Shown here one piece after another: positions 1 through 9,681 of a DNA stretch of 64,000 bases. Origin of the DNA: Spirochaetota bacterium (GTDB taxonomy: Bacteria; Spirochaetota; UBA4802; UBA5550); NCBI GenBank assembly GCA_963663865.1, contig OY760686.1:320001-384000 (forward strand), in the 5' to 3' direction. The notes under the pieces were generated by a model, which was not told the origin of the DNA, ran no database searches, and saw only the letters and a program-made list of their open reading frames with translations. Every line of letters begins with the position of its first letter. The first letter of the stretch is position 1. Both the position numbers and the translations under genes were made by a program.

Positions 1-1062
1 AATGAGAAAAACTTCTGGGAATCTCACCTCTCGTCCTTAGCGGCCATTTCCGCGGCTGAATCTGCCGCGGATAAATCGAGGACACGAATCCCTGAACTTA
101 TTGAGAAACTGCGCAAAATTGAAACCGATGTCAAAACACTATCTCAACAAAAAGTAGACAATCCTGAATACACAAACCTTGTTTCAAAGACCGCAGAGCT
201 TCTTAAAGACGCTGATTCCCAAATCACTTCAGGCGACCTGAAAAAAGCACTGGTGTCAATCGTCAACGCTGAAAAAACCGTTCAACAGGCGGACCTTATC
301 GCACGCCTGGAAACACAGCAAAAGCGTATGAATTCCGCTTCGGTTCGTCTGGAAGAGCAAAAAGCAAGACCTGAGTCGAAACATGCCTCTGATCTTCTGG
401 AAAAGGCAGCGGACCATTTGAATACCGCAAAAAGCCACATTGAAGCCTCCGATCCAGAAAAAGCCGCAGTAGAAACGGAATCAGCTGAAAAGCTTATTGA
501 TCAGTCAGCACTTTCAATGCAGAAAGGTTCAGCAGAAGAAAGGCTGAAATCCCTCGAAAGCAAAATCGCATCGGTCAGCGCTGAAGCGCCCGACGGACAG
601 TTTATTGACGAAATAAATTCAATTAACAGCCACCTTGCCGCAAGCCGTTCAAGCATAGCTGATAACAATTTCACTAACGCGTCCGGCAGCATGGACAAAG
701 CCGATGCTGAAATAAGCAGGCTTGAAAGCAGTATTTCTGAGTACGCTGCCGCACGCCAGAGAGAAGCCGAAGAGGCAAAAAAAGCTGCTGAAGCCGAGTC
801 ACCCAGAGAACCTGAAATAGAACCGGTATATTATGTTGTTCAATACAACCCTAAAAACAGGGACTGCCTCTGGAAGATCGCGGGCAGACATTACAAAAAT
901 CCTGCGCTCTGGCCACTTATTTACATAGCCAACAAAAACCAGATAAAGGATCCCGATCTCATTTTCCCCGGGCAGAAGTTTCTGATTCCGCCGGAAAAGA
1001 AAGATGAAGAGATTCTTAATGAAGCAGAAAGCTCCACGGAAGCAACTGTAGATAAACAATAA
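1..1062 (+). CDS. LysM-domain coiled-coil protein, LipL71/LruA-like (5' end outside window)
   Basis: Frame is open from base 1, not just from 253. Helical Ala/Glu-rich body, then a C-terminal LysM: YVVQYNPKNRDCLWKIAGRHYKNPALWPLIYIANKNQIKDPDLIFPGQKFLIP, the RDCLW..I type seen in spirochaete LipL71/LruA. Confidence 0.75.
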   Translation, partial: NEKNFWESHLSSLAAISAAESAADKSRTRIPELIEKLRKIETDVKTLSQQKVDNPEYTNLVSKTAELLKDADSQITSGDLKKALVSIVNAEKTVQQADLIARLETQQKRMNSASVRLEEQKARPESKHASDLLEKAADHLNTAKSHIEASDPEKAAVETESAEKLIDQSALSMQKGSAEERLKSLESKIASVSAEAPDGQFIDEINSINSHLAASRSSIADNNFTNASGSMDKADAEISRLESSISEYAAARQREAEEAKKAAEAESPREPEIEPVYYVVQYNPKNRDCLWKIAGRHYKNPALWPLIYIANKNQIKDPDLIFPGQKFLIPPEKKDEEILNEAESSTEATVDKQ

Positions 1063-1087
1063 AATCCAGACATTGTTATATTCGGCC

Positions 1088-2314
1088 ATGAAAATATTCA
1101 GTCCAATACGGGCGGCTTTTTACGCCGCCCTTTTCTTCTTCTTTAGCTTAATACCTACAACATTGCACTCCAGGTATATAGACCTTGACTCAATCTATAT
1201 CAAAGATTGCAGCATGTTTAACGATCTGCAAGCAAACCGGCTTCTTTCTTACAGAAAATGCGGATCTGCTCTGGTTTCTCCGTCGGCTGTGTTTTCACAA
1301 TGGGTTGATGGAGATAAAATAGCTTTCATTTCGGAGAAAGGCCCGGTCTCTATAGTAAACATGTACAGCAGAAAAGAGAAACGCTCAGTTGAATTATACC
1401 GCTTTTCGGGAACTACAACATGCGCATTATTATCCGGCAACAGGCGATATCTATTTATAAAATCTGTCACAACTGGAAGAAGTGGTGTCCCATTGTCGCA
1501 TTTTTACAGCCTCGGACTTTCAGATTCATCATTGATCAAATATAAATCATCATATCCTTTTCTGGACTTCTCTGTTTTAACCGCCACAGAAAACTATATT
1601 ACTGCTGCCGCAACAGGCTTGTCGCTACACAGCCCGGAATCAACCAGGAAGGAAGGGATTGCAATATCAGAGAAAGAAAAGGAATTCCTTCGAAACTCAG
1701 AATCCAACATTCTCTGTCTAATCTCGCCAAACAGACGCAATCGCTTGCTGATGTCAGGAAGCGGCGGTTATTACAAGGCCCTCATAGCCAAGGATGGGTC
1801 ATTACGCAACATCACAGGAATTATCGGTTCATCCGCAGAAACCCACTGGCTTGACAACCGCGTAATAATAACAAGGACAGGATCCCCGGGACATCTTTCA
1901 GCGGAACTAATTGACGCTCACACGGGAACCCGGAGAAGCCTTATTGGAAGTTCTTTCAATACCGGGATAACTTACTCCCCCTACCCGGGCATTGTATCAA
2001 TTCTGGACAATCAGATAATCAGGCTTTATTATCATCCTTCCGGCAGAGCCCTTAATACTGGACTTGAAGGAGAAGATGTCTTTTTTTCTCCGGACGGGCT
2101 TCACTTCACAAGCATAATCTCCGGAAAATTGTATGTTACCAGACTCCAAAAAACCGTCCTTAACCGCTCTGAGCTTGTATCGATGTCTCAAAAACAGATA
2201 CGGCTGTATAACAGACTCCTTCAGAAAAAAAAACTATGGCAGAACCAATTTACCGGAGATTACATCCAAAGCAAGATAAGCTCATACCGCAATTTCATCA
2301 ATCAGGCAGATTAG
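1088..2314 (+). CDS. Exported hypothetical protein, probable beta-propeller (TolB/WD40-like)
   Basis: Signal peptide from ATG 1088 (MKIFSPIRAAFYAALFFFFSLIPTTLHS). Repeated SPD/SPN/SGN turn motifs (LSGNRRYLF, ISPNRRN, FSPDGLHF). Confidence 0.55.
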   Translation: MKIFSPIRAAFYAALFFFFSLIPTTLHSRYIDLDSIYIKDCSMFNDLQANRLLSYRKCGSALVSPSAVFSQWVDGDKIAFISEKGPVSIVNMYSRKEKRSVELYRFSGTTTCALLSGNRRYLFIKSVTTGRSGVPLSHFYSLGLSDSSLIKYKSSYPFLDFSVLTATENYITAAATGLSLHSPESTRKEGIAISEKEKEFLRNSESNILCLISPNRRNRLLMSGSGGYYKALIAKDGSLRNITGIIGSSAETHWLDNRVIITRTGSPGHLSAELIDAHTGTRRSLIGSSFNTGITYSPYPGIVSILDNQIIRLYYHPSGRALNTGLEGEDVFFSPDGLHFTSIISGKLYVTRLQKTVLNRSELVSMSQKQIRLYNRLLQKKKLWQNQFTGDYIQSKISSYRNFINQAD

Positions 2315-5300
2315 CTTCTTTTCCAACAGCACAAACTTCATATTTATCAATCCCCCTGATTCTCTCCTCAGCAATATTTTTTTCCTTTCTGAAAATAAGG
2401 TATGGAATAATATCCTCATTTTTCAAACCGGAAGTCCCGTCATATTCGATAGTTACGATTGGAATCCCTGTTACCCTTTCAATCTCCCCGGCCATTGCCT
2501 CGGTTACAAGCGATGGGCAGCAGAACGCCGGGTTTAACTGTACAAATAGGCTGATATCTTTATTGTGTGAAGCCAGAGAATATAGCTTAAGGATGTTCTC
2601 AACAGATTCACCGCTTTGCTCGATTCTAACGTTAAACTTTTTCAGCACATCAACAGGATTCATTGAAAATTCCTGCGCGGGTTCCTTAAGGATACGATAG
2701 AAATACTTGTAATAACGGTTTTCAAACAGGCTGATCGCCTTTAAAAGCACTTTCGATGTAACAACCTCAAGATAGTTTCCTTCCTTAACCCATTTCTTAA
2801 GGTATGGCGCGGCTATGATCTTAATAAGCTCGCTATACGGCGTTGTAATGACCTCGCCGCCGTTATTTTCTATAACCCTGATAATATCCTGGTTCATCAC
2901 CCTGTTGTCTCTAACATAGAAATCTCCAAAAATTGCGACCCTCGGTCTCTTTCCGGGGATAATTTTTATTGTTTCGAAATCTTTTATTATGTTCTCCAGC
3001 ACCGCAGTAAAGTCACTGCCTTTTTTGAAAGCTTCCTCCAGCTTCGAAGCAGACGCTTCAATTACACCGTCAGTTGTTCCAGTGACAGCCTCATAAGGCC
3101 TGATACGGCAGCCCATGAGCCTGAGATAGCCGCTAAACATAAAAGCGAGATACATGTTGATAGAAGCCCTTACCGGCATTTCATAGAAACTAATAGCGCC
3201 CGCGTATACGTCAATTTTCTCATTACCATCACCATAATCTTCAAGCAGTGTCTTTGCGTAATAAGGAAACATTCCCAGGTTACATGAAATTCTTGATTCA
3301 ATATTCCAGAGAACAGTTTTTTCCGGGTCAAGACTGTACTTTCTAACGTATTCAACACACTCATGCACAATAATATTAAGGGGAATACACTGTCCGCTGT
3401 TTGTGCTCAGACTGCGGTGTATCATTGCCTCGTCCTCTTCGAGAAGCCTGGCATCGACCCCCTCCCTTTGCAGATTCGCAGTCATAAATCTTCCGAGAAT
3501 ATCATCCCAATTTGCCAGCAGCAGAGTTTTCCCCGCCAGGGCTTTTCTTCCTCTCTTGACAACTGGAACTACTCCAGATTTTGCAAAGCTCGTTTTCTTT
3601 TGTTCTTTTTCATACAAATGATTCCTGAAAGACCTGATTCCAGCTTCAATTCTCGTCTCATATCCGACGTTTGAATCGTGTTCATCAATCTGTAGAACAA
3701 GGTAAGGCTTGCCCGCTTCATCCATTATTTTTTTGAAATAATCAACAGCGTAAGCATCAGGTGTGCACTTAAAGGATGTAATTAATACGGGATAAACACC
3801 TTCTGTCCGGGAGGCGTATGAAGCATATTCTATGATCTTCGCAGCATAGTTCCAGTGAAATGCTGAAAGGAGACCTTTTACATCAGCAATGCTCTTTGCC
3901 CTGCTTTCCACCATGTCCATATAGAAGACCCTGACACCAAGTCTTGCGAAAATGTCAGGAATGCCCTTATTCATACCCTTCGAAAGAATTGTGTATGGCC
4001 TTCCAAGTAGAATAACATTCAACCCTTCTCTATCTCTGTTCTTATCATAAATGTCGATAAGGCTTTTCTTTACTTTTTCTGAAAACTTCTCTGCTGCTTT
4101 TAATGCTTTGAATATCTGGCGAAAACTCACCTTTCCCCCGGTAATCTGATTCACTGCGTCATACAGTTCCTTTAACATAAAAAATCCGGGATTAAGTGAA
4201 TATAGAAGCGGGCTGATAATTTTCGCTCCCCCCATGCAACCAGCCTCTTCAACAAGAGACGAGATAAACTGTGTATAATAGCAGTATTGTCTTCTGTTTT
4301 TCCTGCTAGCCCTCCTGTCTCTTCTCTCAAGATATGTTGGAATAAAAATATAATCTGCCCTTTCCGACAGATACCTGACATGACCGTGCATTTCAGAAAC
4401 GGGGGCACAAAACTCCGCTCCGCTTAATCTCTTTCCCGTTTTTACTGCATCTCTGAGTCCTTCACTGGTCAGAGTTTTGATTCCGAGTTCTTTGAAAAAA
4501 AACTTCCACATTGGAATATCTTCAAAAAGATGCAGCGCTGCCGGAAGACCAACTACTACCTGCTGTTTACCATCAGAAAGAGGACTTACAGTACTAACTC
4601 TGCTTCTTTCCTTGAAAAGATCAAAACCGCTTGTGTTGGTATTTATAAACTTCCTGGTATCGTAGTCACGACCACATAGAAAACCGAATGCTACAGTCTG
4701 GCTCCCAACTTCAGCAATTTTAATTTTACAATGATTTGTACACAAGTCACAGATCTCTGTTTTTACAGGTATTGTTTCGCTATAGATTCCGATACCTCTA
4801 AAGGCTGTTGTCTCTAACCTCATTTCCTGAAGGCATAGCGCGACCCCAAGAGCTCCCGTCAAATGGCAGTAAGGAGATACCATTATTGGTTTCTTAAGAC
4901 GCTGCTCAAAAGCGGCTACAAGCGCCCTGTTTCTGGCTGTAGCTCCCTGAAAGAAAATCTTCTTCCCGATATTTTTTTCAACCGCAACCTTTGTCAGATA
5001 ATTATCTCTGACGGAGTGGAGCACAGAGGCAAGTATCTCATCAACATCAAAACCTTCTGTCAGAAAGGAGTTCAGGTCTCTTTCCATAAAGACTGTGCAC
5101 CTGTCACTCGACAGCGGAGCCTCTCGCCCCTCAGCCCTTTTAGAATACTCCGAAAGCGGGCAACCCAGCTTCCTCGCCTGTTCTTCAATGAAGCTTCCGG
5201 TTCCAGCAGCGCAAACATTGTTCATTATTGAGAAGGTCACCATACCATTTTTAAGTGTAGTAAACTTCGCATCCTGTCCGCCAATCTCAATGATAGTATC

Positions 5301-6593
5301 GACCTCGGGATCAAGCTGTGCTGCAGCCCGCGCATGGGCCGTAATCTCATCTAATTCCAGGTCTGCTCCTATTATTCTGCCAATGAGCTTTCTGCCGGAT
5401 CCGGTTGTACCTGCTCCGCAAGTTACAAATTTAATTCCTTTCTTTTCTTCGATATCGGCTACCGCTTCAAATATTGTCTGAACGGCCGCAACCGGTCTCC
5501 CTGATGTTCGAGTGTATAGCCCTGCAATTACCTCACTATTTGTATTCGTAATAACTGCTTTTGTGCTCGTTGAACCTATGTCAATGCCAAGAAAAACTTC
5601 TTCCGACTGACCCGCTTGAAGAGCCATGTAAATATCAACCTCTACGGGTGTAGAACCTGGGTTTTTTATTGAATTAAAGTTATATTTCTCAAAGCTTGAA
5701 AATTCCGGATAGTTGGAGAGCTCTAACTTTAAAGGTTTATAGTAATACTTTTTCTCTTTACTTTCCTTTCTTAAAAGCTCTCGCGGAAAAACATTTTCGG
5801 CAAGTTGTTTCGAAGAACTGTCTCCCAGCATGCAAAGAACCGCACCGAGAGCTCCGTATAGATGTGACATCTCTTCAACTTCAAGCTCAACTCCAATAAG
5901 TTTTTCAAGGTGTTGTGTAACGGCAGGGTTTTTTGAAACACCACCGGTCATTATAAGCGGAAGAACCGGATTTGAATTATCGAAAAGGGTATCGACTATA
6001 TTTTTTGCCAGACCAAAGCAAAGGCCATCACATATTTCATCAAGGGAGTAACCTTCCTGCTGTGCATGAATTAGGTCCGTCTTTGCAAAAACGGCGCAAC
6101 GCGAAGCAATCTTCGGGATATCCCCCTTATTGGTAAACGCAGTTTCACTGAATTCCTGGATTGTTTTCAGATTAAGCCTTCTGGCCTGCTGATCCAGGAA
6201 ACTTCCCGTTCCAGCAGCGCATGAGCTGTTAGATCTGTAGTTAAGATAATTACCCTCTTCATCGAAGGTCACAACGCCGAACTTCTCCCCTCCGACAATA
6301 AGCAATGTTCCGGGTTTTCTCCCGTCACGGCACGCTGAACGGATAAAACATACTCTGCTGTCATAGATGTTGGCTGATTCAATGATGTCAGGCGTAGAAG
6401 ATGTTATTCCAATCGCCTGGATTTCTCCGGGTTTATACTCTTCTATAAATTTTTCGACTTTTGTTCTTATGTCTCCTTCGTGAAAATAATATTCCCATCG
6501 GAGAATCCGGCCTTCTTCGTCAACAAGAACAGCCGCAACAGCGATAGATCCTGCATCTATTCCAAGGTACTTTTTTTTGTCTTTAGTGCTCAC
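2298..6593 (-). CDS. CoA-substrate-specific enzyme activase (two BadF/BcrAD-type ATPase domains) fused to DUF2229/2-hydroxyacyl-CoA dehydratase-like region
   Basis: Two ASKHA ATPase starts (LGIDAGSIA, LGIDIGSTSTK), two CAAGTGSF Fe-S motifs, CAVFA/CTVF, CDLCTNHC, DEHDSNVGYETRIEA. 1431 aa. Confidence 0.85.
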   Translation of the reverse strand: MSTKDKKKYLGIDAGSIAVAAVLVDEEGRILRWEYYFHEGDIRTKVEKFIEEYKPGEIQAIGITSSTPDIIESANIYDSRVCFIRSACRDGRKPGTLLIVGGEKFGVVTFDEEGNYLNYRSNSSCAAGTGSFLDQQARRLNLKTIQEFSETAFTNKGDIPKIASRCAVFAKTDLIHAQQEGYSLDEICDGLCFGLAKNIVDTLFDNSNPVLPLIMTGGVSKNPAVTQHLEKLIGVELEVEEMSHLYGALGAVLCMLGDSSSKQLAENVFPRELLRKESKEKKYYYKPLKLELSNYPEFSSFEKYNFNSIKNPGSTPVEVDIYMALQAGQSEEVFLGIDIGSTSTKAVITNTNSEVIAGLYTRTSGRPVAAVQTIFEAVADIEEKKGIKFVTCGAGTTGSGRKLIGRIIGADLELDEITAHARAAAQLDPEVDTIIEIGGQDAKFTTLKNGMVTFSIMNNVCAAGTGSFIEEQARKLGCPLSEYSKRAEGREAPLSSDRCTVFMERDLNSFLTEGFDVDEILASVLHSVRDNYLTKVAVEKNIGKKIFFQGATARNRALVAAFEQRLKKPIMVSPYCHLTGALGVALCLQEMRLETTAFRGIGIYSETIPVKTEICDLCTNHCKIKIAEVGSQTVAFGFLCGRDYDTRKFINTNTSGFDLFKERSRVSTVSPLSDGKQQVVVGLPAALHLFEDIPMWKFFFKELGIKTLTSEGLRDAVKTGKRLSGAEFCAPVSEMHGHVRYLSERADYIFIPTYLERRDRRASRKNRRQYCYYTQFISSLVEEAGCMGGAKIISPLLYSLNPGFFMLKELYDAVNQITGGKVSFRQIFKALKAAEKFSEKVKKSLIDIYDKNRDREGLNVILLGRPYTILSKGMNKGIPDIFARLGVRVFYMDMVESRAKSIADVKGLLSAFHWNYAAKIIEYASYASRTEGVYPVLITSFKCTPDAYAVDYFKKIMDEAGKPYLVLQIDEHDSNVGYETRIEAGIRSFRNHLYEKEQKKTSFAKSGVVPVVKRGRKALAGKTLLLANWDDILGRFMTANLQREGVDARLLEEDEAMIHRSLSTNSGQCIPLNIIVHECVEYVRKYSLDPEKTVLWNIESRISCNLGMFPYYAKTLLEDYGDGNEKIDVYAGAISFYEMPVRASINMYLAFMFSGYLRLMGCRIRPYEAVTGTTDGVIEASASKLEEAFKKGSDFTAVLENIIKDFETIKIIPGKRPRVAIFGDFYVRDNRVMNQDIIRVIENNGGEVITTPYSELIKIIAAPYLKKWVKEGNYLEVVTSKVLLKAISLFENRYYKYFYRILKEPAQEFSMNPVDVLKKFNVRIEQSGESVENILKLYSLASHNKDISLFVQLNPAFCCPSLVTEAMAGEIERVTGIPIVTIEYDGTSGLKNEDIIPYLIFRKEKNIAEERIRGIDKYEVCAVGKEANLPD

Positions 6594-6803
6594 TCTGTTA
6601 CCCCTTTTACCATTAATAAACCGGAGAGTCTCTTAGTTACTTTTACGTTATCCGCCTTTCAGAAAGCAGTCATACTGCCTAAGCCTGTCACAGCTTTTAA
6701 TGTCCTGTTTCAGAGAGGATATTTTCAATGCGGAACAAAACTTGTCGGTCTATAAATTAGAACTTTGTATTATAACAATAGCGGGTTATTGACATCGGGT
6801 CGA

Positions 6804-6821
6804 CCGGAATTATAATTCCGG
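6804..6821. promoter_or_regulatory. Perfect 18-bp palindrome CCGGAATTATAATTCCGG over the AraC stop codon; candidate operator for the downstream activase gene
   Basis: The palindrome is seen directly; the operator role is inference. Confidence 0.4.
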
Positions 6822-7913
6822 AATAATTTCGTTTTGTAGATTAGATCTGAAGCGCGCCGGAGACTTGCCTGTACTGCGGGTAAAAACATCATAAAATACT
6901 GACTTGGAGTTAAAACCTGAGGACAGCGCTATGTCAAGAAGTGACCTCTGGGGATTATCCTTCATCTGACTGATTGCCTCTTTTACGCGATACTCATTGA
7001 TATAGGAATTAAAGTTGCTGTGCATGTAACTGTTTAAAAACGCGGAGAGCTGGTGCGGAGAAACATCAAGCATCGTGGAAAGACGGGACAGGCTGAGATC
7101 CTCATCACAGTATATCCTCTCCTCCTCCATCAGGAGTGTTATTCGCAACTTGAGCATCTCAGGATTCTTAACAGAAGATTCGTTCTCCCTGCCCTTTTTT
7201 TCACGCTTACTTCCCTTTTTCAGGTCGTGAAAAATGTAAGGATACTTCTGCCCCATAATAAACCAGAAAAGCATAAATGAACTGATAAGGAACATTGTCG
7301 CTCTTGCGTATCGCGGGTTGTGAAACAGATAGGTAGCCGTCAATGCCACCATAATAGCAAGAAGCCAGGCCGTTGCCGCGGCAGCGACCATAGTTGTCTT
7401 TCCTACACTATGCCTGGAAGGCAGAGAAAGCAAGTCCAGCTGAAAAAAAATTGCGGATAGATATATAAGCCCGGAAACAATACCAAAGGAATGGAAAAGC
7501 CTTACAAGCTGTTCTTTGATCTGAGGTTCCGAGAATAATGAAACAAATCCCGATCTTTCGGAGAGTACAATCGCGAGAACAAGTAGAAAAGCGCAAAGTG
7601 CTGGAATATAATGTATGAGAGTTTTATTAGCAAAGCTAAACTTTTTATTAAATACCGTACAGTAAAATATATACAATGATGGTCCAAGTACGAACTGGGC
7701 CAGCATTACCGGATGATCTCCAACCCTGACAACTCCATTGCCTCCTGCCATTAAAAAATACTGCTGCAGCTGTATAATCGCAATACTGGAAAAAATAATG
7801 AACAGCATGTAGTTCTTCACACCGCGTTTTTCCCTGACGAACTGCGAAACGGCAAACAGGAATGCCAGAAATCCGCCAAAAAGAATATACGAGTCTGCTA
7901 AGTTGAGAACCAT
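6810..7913 (-). CDS. Membrane-anchored AraC-family transcriptional regulator
   Basis: About 6-7 hydrophobic N-terminal segments. C-terminal AraC HTH: DEDLSLSRLS...HQLSAFLN...NFNSYINEYRV...LLDIALSSGFNSKSVFY...TGKSPARFR. Confidence 0.9.
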   Translation of the reverse strand: MVLNLADSYILFGGFLAFLFAVSQFVREKRGVKNYMLFIIFSSIAIIQLQQYFLMAGGNGVVRVGDHPVMLAQFVLGPSLYIFYCTVFNKKFSFANKTLIHYIPALCAFLLVLAIVLSERSGFVSLFSEPQIKEQLVRLFHSFGIVSGLIYLSAIFFQLDLLSLPSRHSVGKTTMVAAAATAWLLAIMVALTATYLFHNPRYARATMFLISSFMLFWFIMGQKYPYIFHDLKKGSKREKKGRENESSVKNPEMLKLRITLLMEEERIYCDEDLSLSRLSTMLDVSPHQLSAFLNSYMHSNFNSYINEYRVKEAISQMKDNPQRSLLDIALSSGFNSKSVFYDVFTRSTGKSPARFRSNLQNEIIPEL

Positions 7914-8111
7914 TGATACACCGTCCAGTTTTCAATATAATCTCATTCTTATGAAATCTGTCACCAACATTTTTCCATCTTTTATAACTGAGCCCCTACT
8001 TCGTTTTCTAAAATACTCTAAAGACAGAGGCACATAACCGATATAAAGAGAAAGATTGTGAATGATTGGCAATTTTTAGCTGAGATAAAATCAGATAAAG
8101 AACGGTTCCAT

Positions 8112-9584
8112 ATGAAAACCATAAATAAAATATTTCTTATAACTGTCATTGCGGCTCTATCTCATCACGCTGTCCATGCAGGCAACTTTGTTAAAATCAA
8201 ATCTGTCGACAGCAGGAACTCCTATCCTTCTATAGTTGTAAACATATCCGCGGGCGGGCCGGACTTTTCTGCTCTCACAGGCCTCTCGGAAGAAAATATT
8301 CAGATATTTGAAGACGGCTATCTTGTTAACTATTTCAAAGTTATCCCTCTTGATGAGACATTTACTGTCCAGTCAGTCATTGTTTTTGACTCAAGCAGAA
8401 GCATAAGCTCATCTGACTTTTCTCTAATGAAAAAAGCCGTTAACTCATTTCTTCAATGTTGCGGCAGCAATGTAAACGCAGCCTTGATCCGGTTTAACGG
8501 GAAAAAACACATACTCAGCGGCTTCACAGAAAAACACTCCGAGATAATGGACGGAATAAACACCATTCACCCGGAGGGAAAGATGACGCTTCTTTTTGAT
8601 ACCCTCTACGATGCCGTCAAACTTCTTCAGTCGGACGCCGGACACAAAAAGACAATTTTCCTTGTAACAGACGGGAAAGATGAGGGAAGCAGCATCAAGC
8701 CGGATGATATCATTCAATCAGCAGTCAATTCGGGAGTGAGAATATACACTCTGATTATTGGGAGGCCGCACAGCGCCAGGGAAACAGTCCGTATATCCAG
8801 CCTGTCGGGAGGGAAATCCGTATATTTGTCCGAGCCTGAAGAGATGACAGCATTTTTTCGGCACATCAGCTCTCCATCACACAAAAAATACCGCCTTGAG
8901 TATAAAACCGATATAACTTCAGAAAACAACAAACACACGCTTGAAGTCAGGCTCAAAAAGAATACATTGATGGACCGAGACTTTTCAGAGTTTACCATCA
9001 GTTCAAGATCAGCTTCACTAAAACGATTTCTTGAATCGAGGTTCCTTTTCCCGGCCATGGCCGTTGTTTTCGTCCTGATTGTCCTTATGATTATATTAAG
9101 GATTGTTAAATCGGTCAAAAGTCACAGAAAAACTAAAAATGATAAAGATAAATTCATCTTTCAGAGGTCCCGAGAGGATTCATTTAAAGACAACGGCATT
9201 GTCAATAATCCGGAGATTAGCCCCTGCGCTCAGGCGGAAACAACCCCAGTAACACCAGACGAAATAAAAACTGAAAGTCAATATATTAAAGCCTGGCTCA
9301 TTGCGAGAGATTCAGATTCCGGACAAAAGTATATTATTCAGTCCGATGAAACTACGATGGGCTCTTCCAGAGACAATGACATTCCTCTTGATGATGATTA
9401 CGTATCAGAGTATCATTCAAAAATAAAGAGAGTAAACACTGTGTTTTTTCTTTTTGATCTCGTCAGTGAAAACGGAACATTTCTCAACGGAAAGAAACTG
9501 CTGCGGCCTAAACAACTCCATGATTGGGATGAAATTCAAATGGGGAAATCCTTTCTCATTTTCCGCGGATCAAACTTGTCATAG
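8112..9584 (+). CDS. Signal peptide - VWA domain - TM helix - cytoplasmic FHA domain protein
   Basis: MIDAS DSSRS...T...LVTDGKD, TM FLFPAMAVVFVLIVLMIILRIV, FHA signature VSEYHSKI...SENGTFLNG. Likely start ATG 8112. Confidence 0.85.
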   Translation: MKTINKIFLITVIAALSHHAVHAGNFVKIKSVDSRNSYPSIVVNISAGGPDFSALTGLSEENIQIFEDGYLVNYFKVIPLDETFTVQSVIVFDSSRSISSSDFSLMKKAVNSFLQCCGSNVNAALIRFNGKKHILSGFTEKHSEIMDGINTIHPEGKMTLLFDTLYDAVKLLQSDAGHKKTIFLVTDGKDEGSSIKPDDIIQSAVNSGVRIYTLIIGRPHSARETVRISSLSGGKSVYLSEPEEMTAFFRHISSPSHKKYRLEYKTDITSENNKHTLEVRLKKNTLMDRDFSEFTISSRSASLKRFLESRFLFPAMAVVFVLIVLMIILRIVKSVKSHRKTKNDKDKFIFQRSREDSFKDNGIVNNPEISPCAQAETTPVTPDEIKTESQYIKAWLIARDSDSGQKYIIQSDETTMGSSRDNDIPLDDDYVSEYHSKIKRVNTVFFLFDLVSENGTFLNGKKLLRPKQLHDWDEIQMGKSFLIFRGSNLS

Positions 9585-9613
9585 AAGCGACTGGCCAATC
9601 GGCTGAATATTCC

Positions 9614-9643
9614 TTGACGATGGCAATATCCCTGTGTAATAAT
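9614..9643 (+). promoter_or_regulatory. Putative sigma70 promoter of the rhomboid gene
   Basis: TTGACG-17 nt-TAATAA(T), about 40 nt upstream of ATG 9682. Confidence 0.4.
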
Positions 9644-9681
9644 AAATTTTCTTTACATCTCATCTTACGGAAGAACAATAA

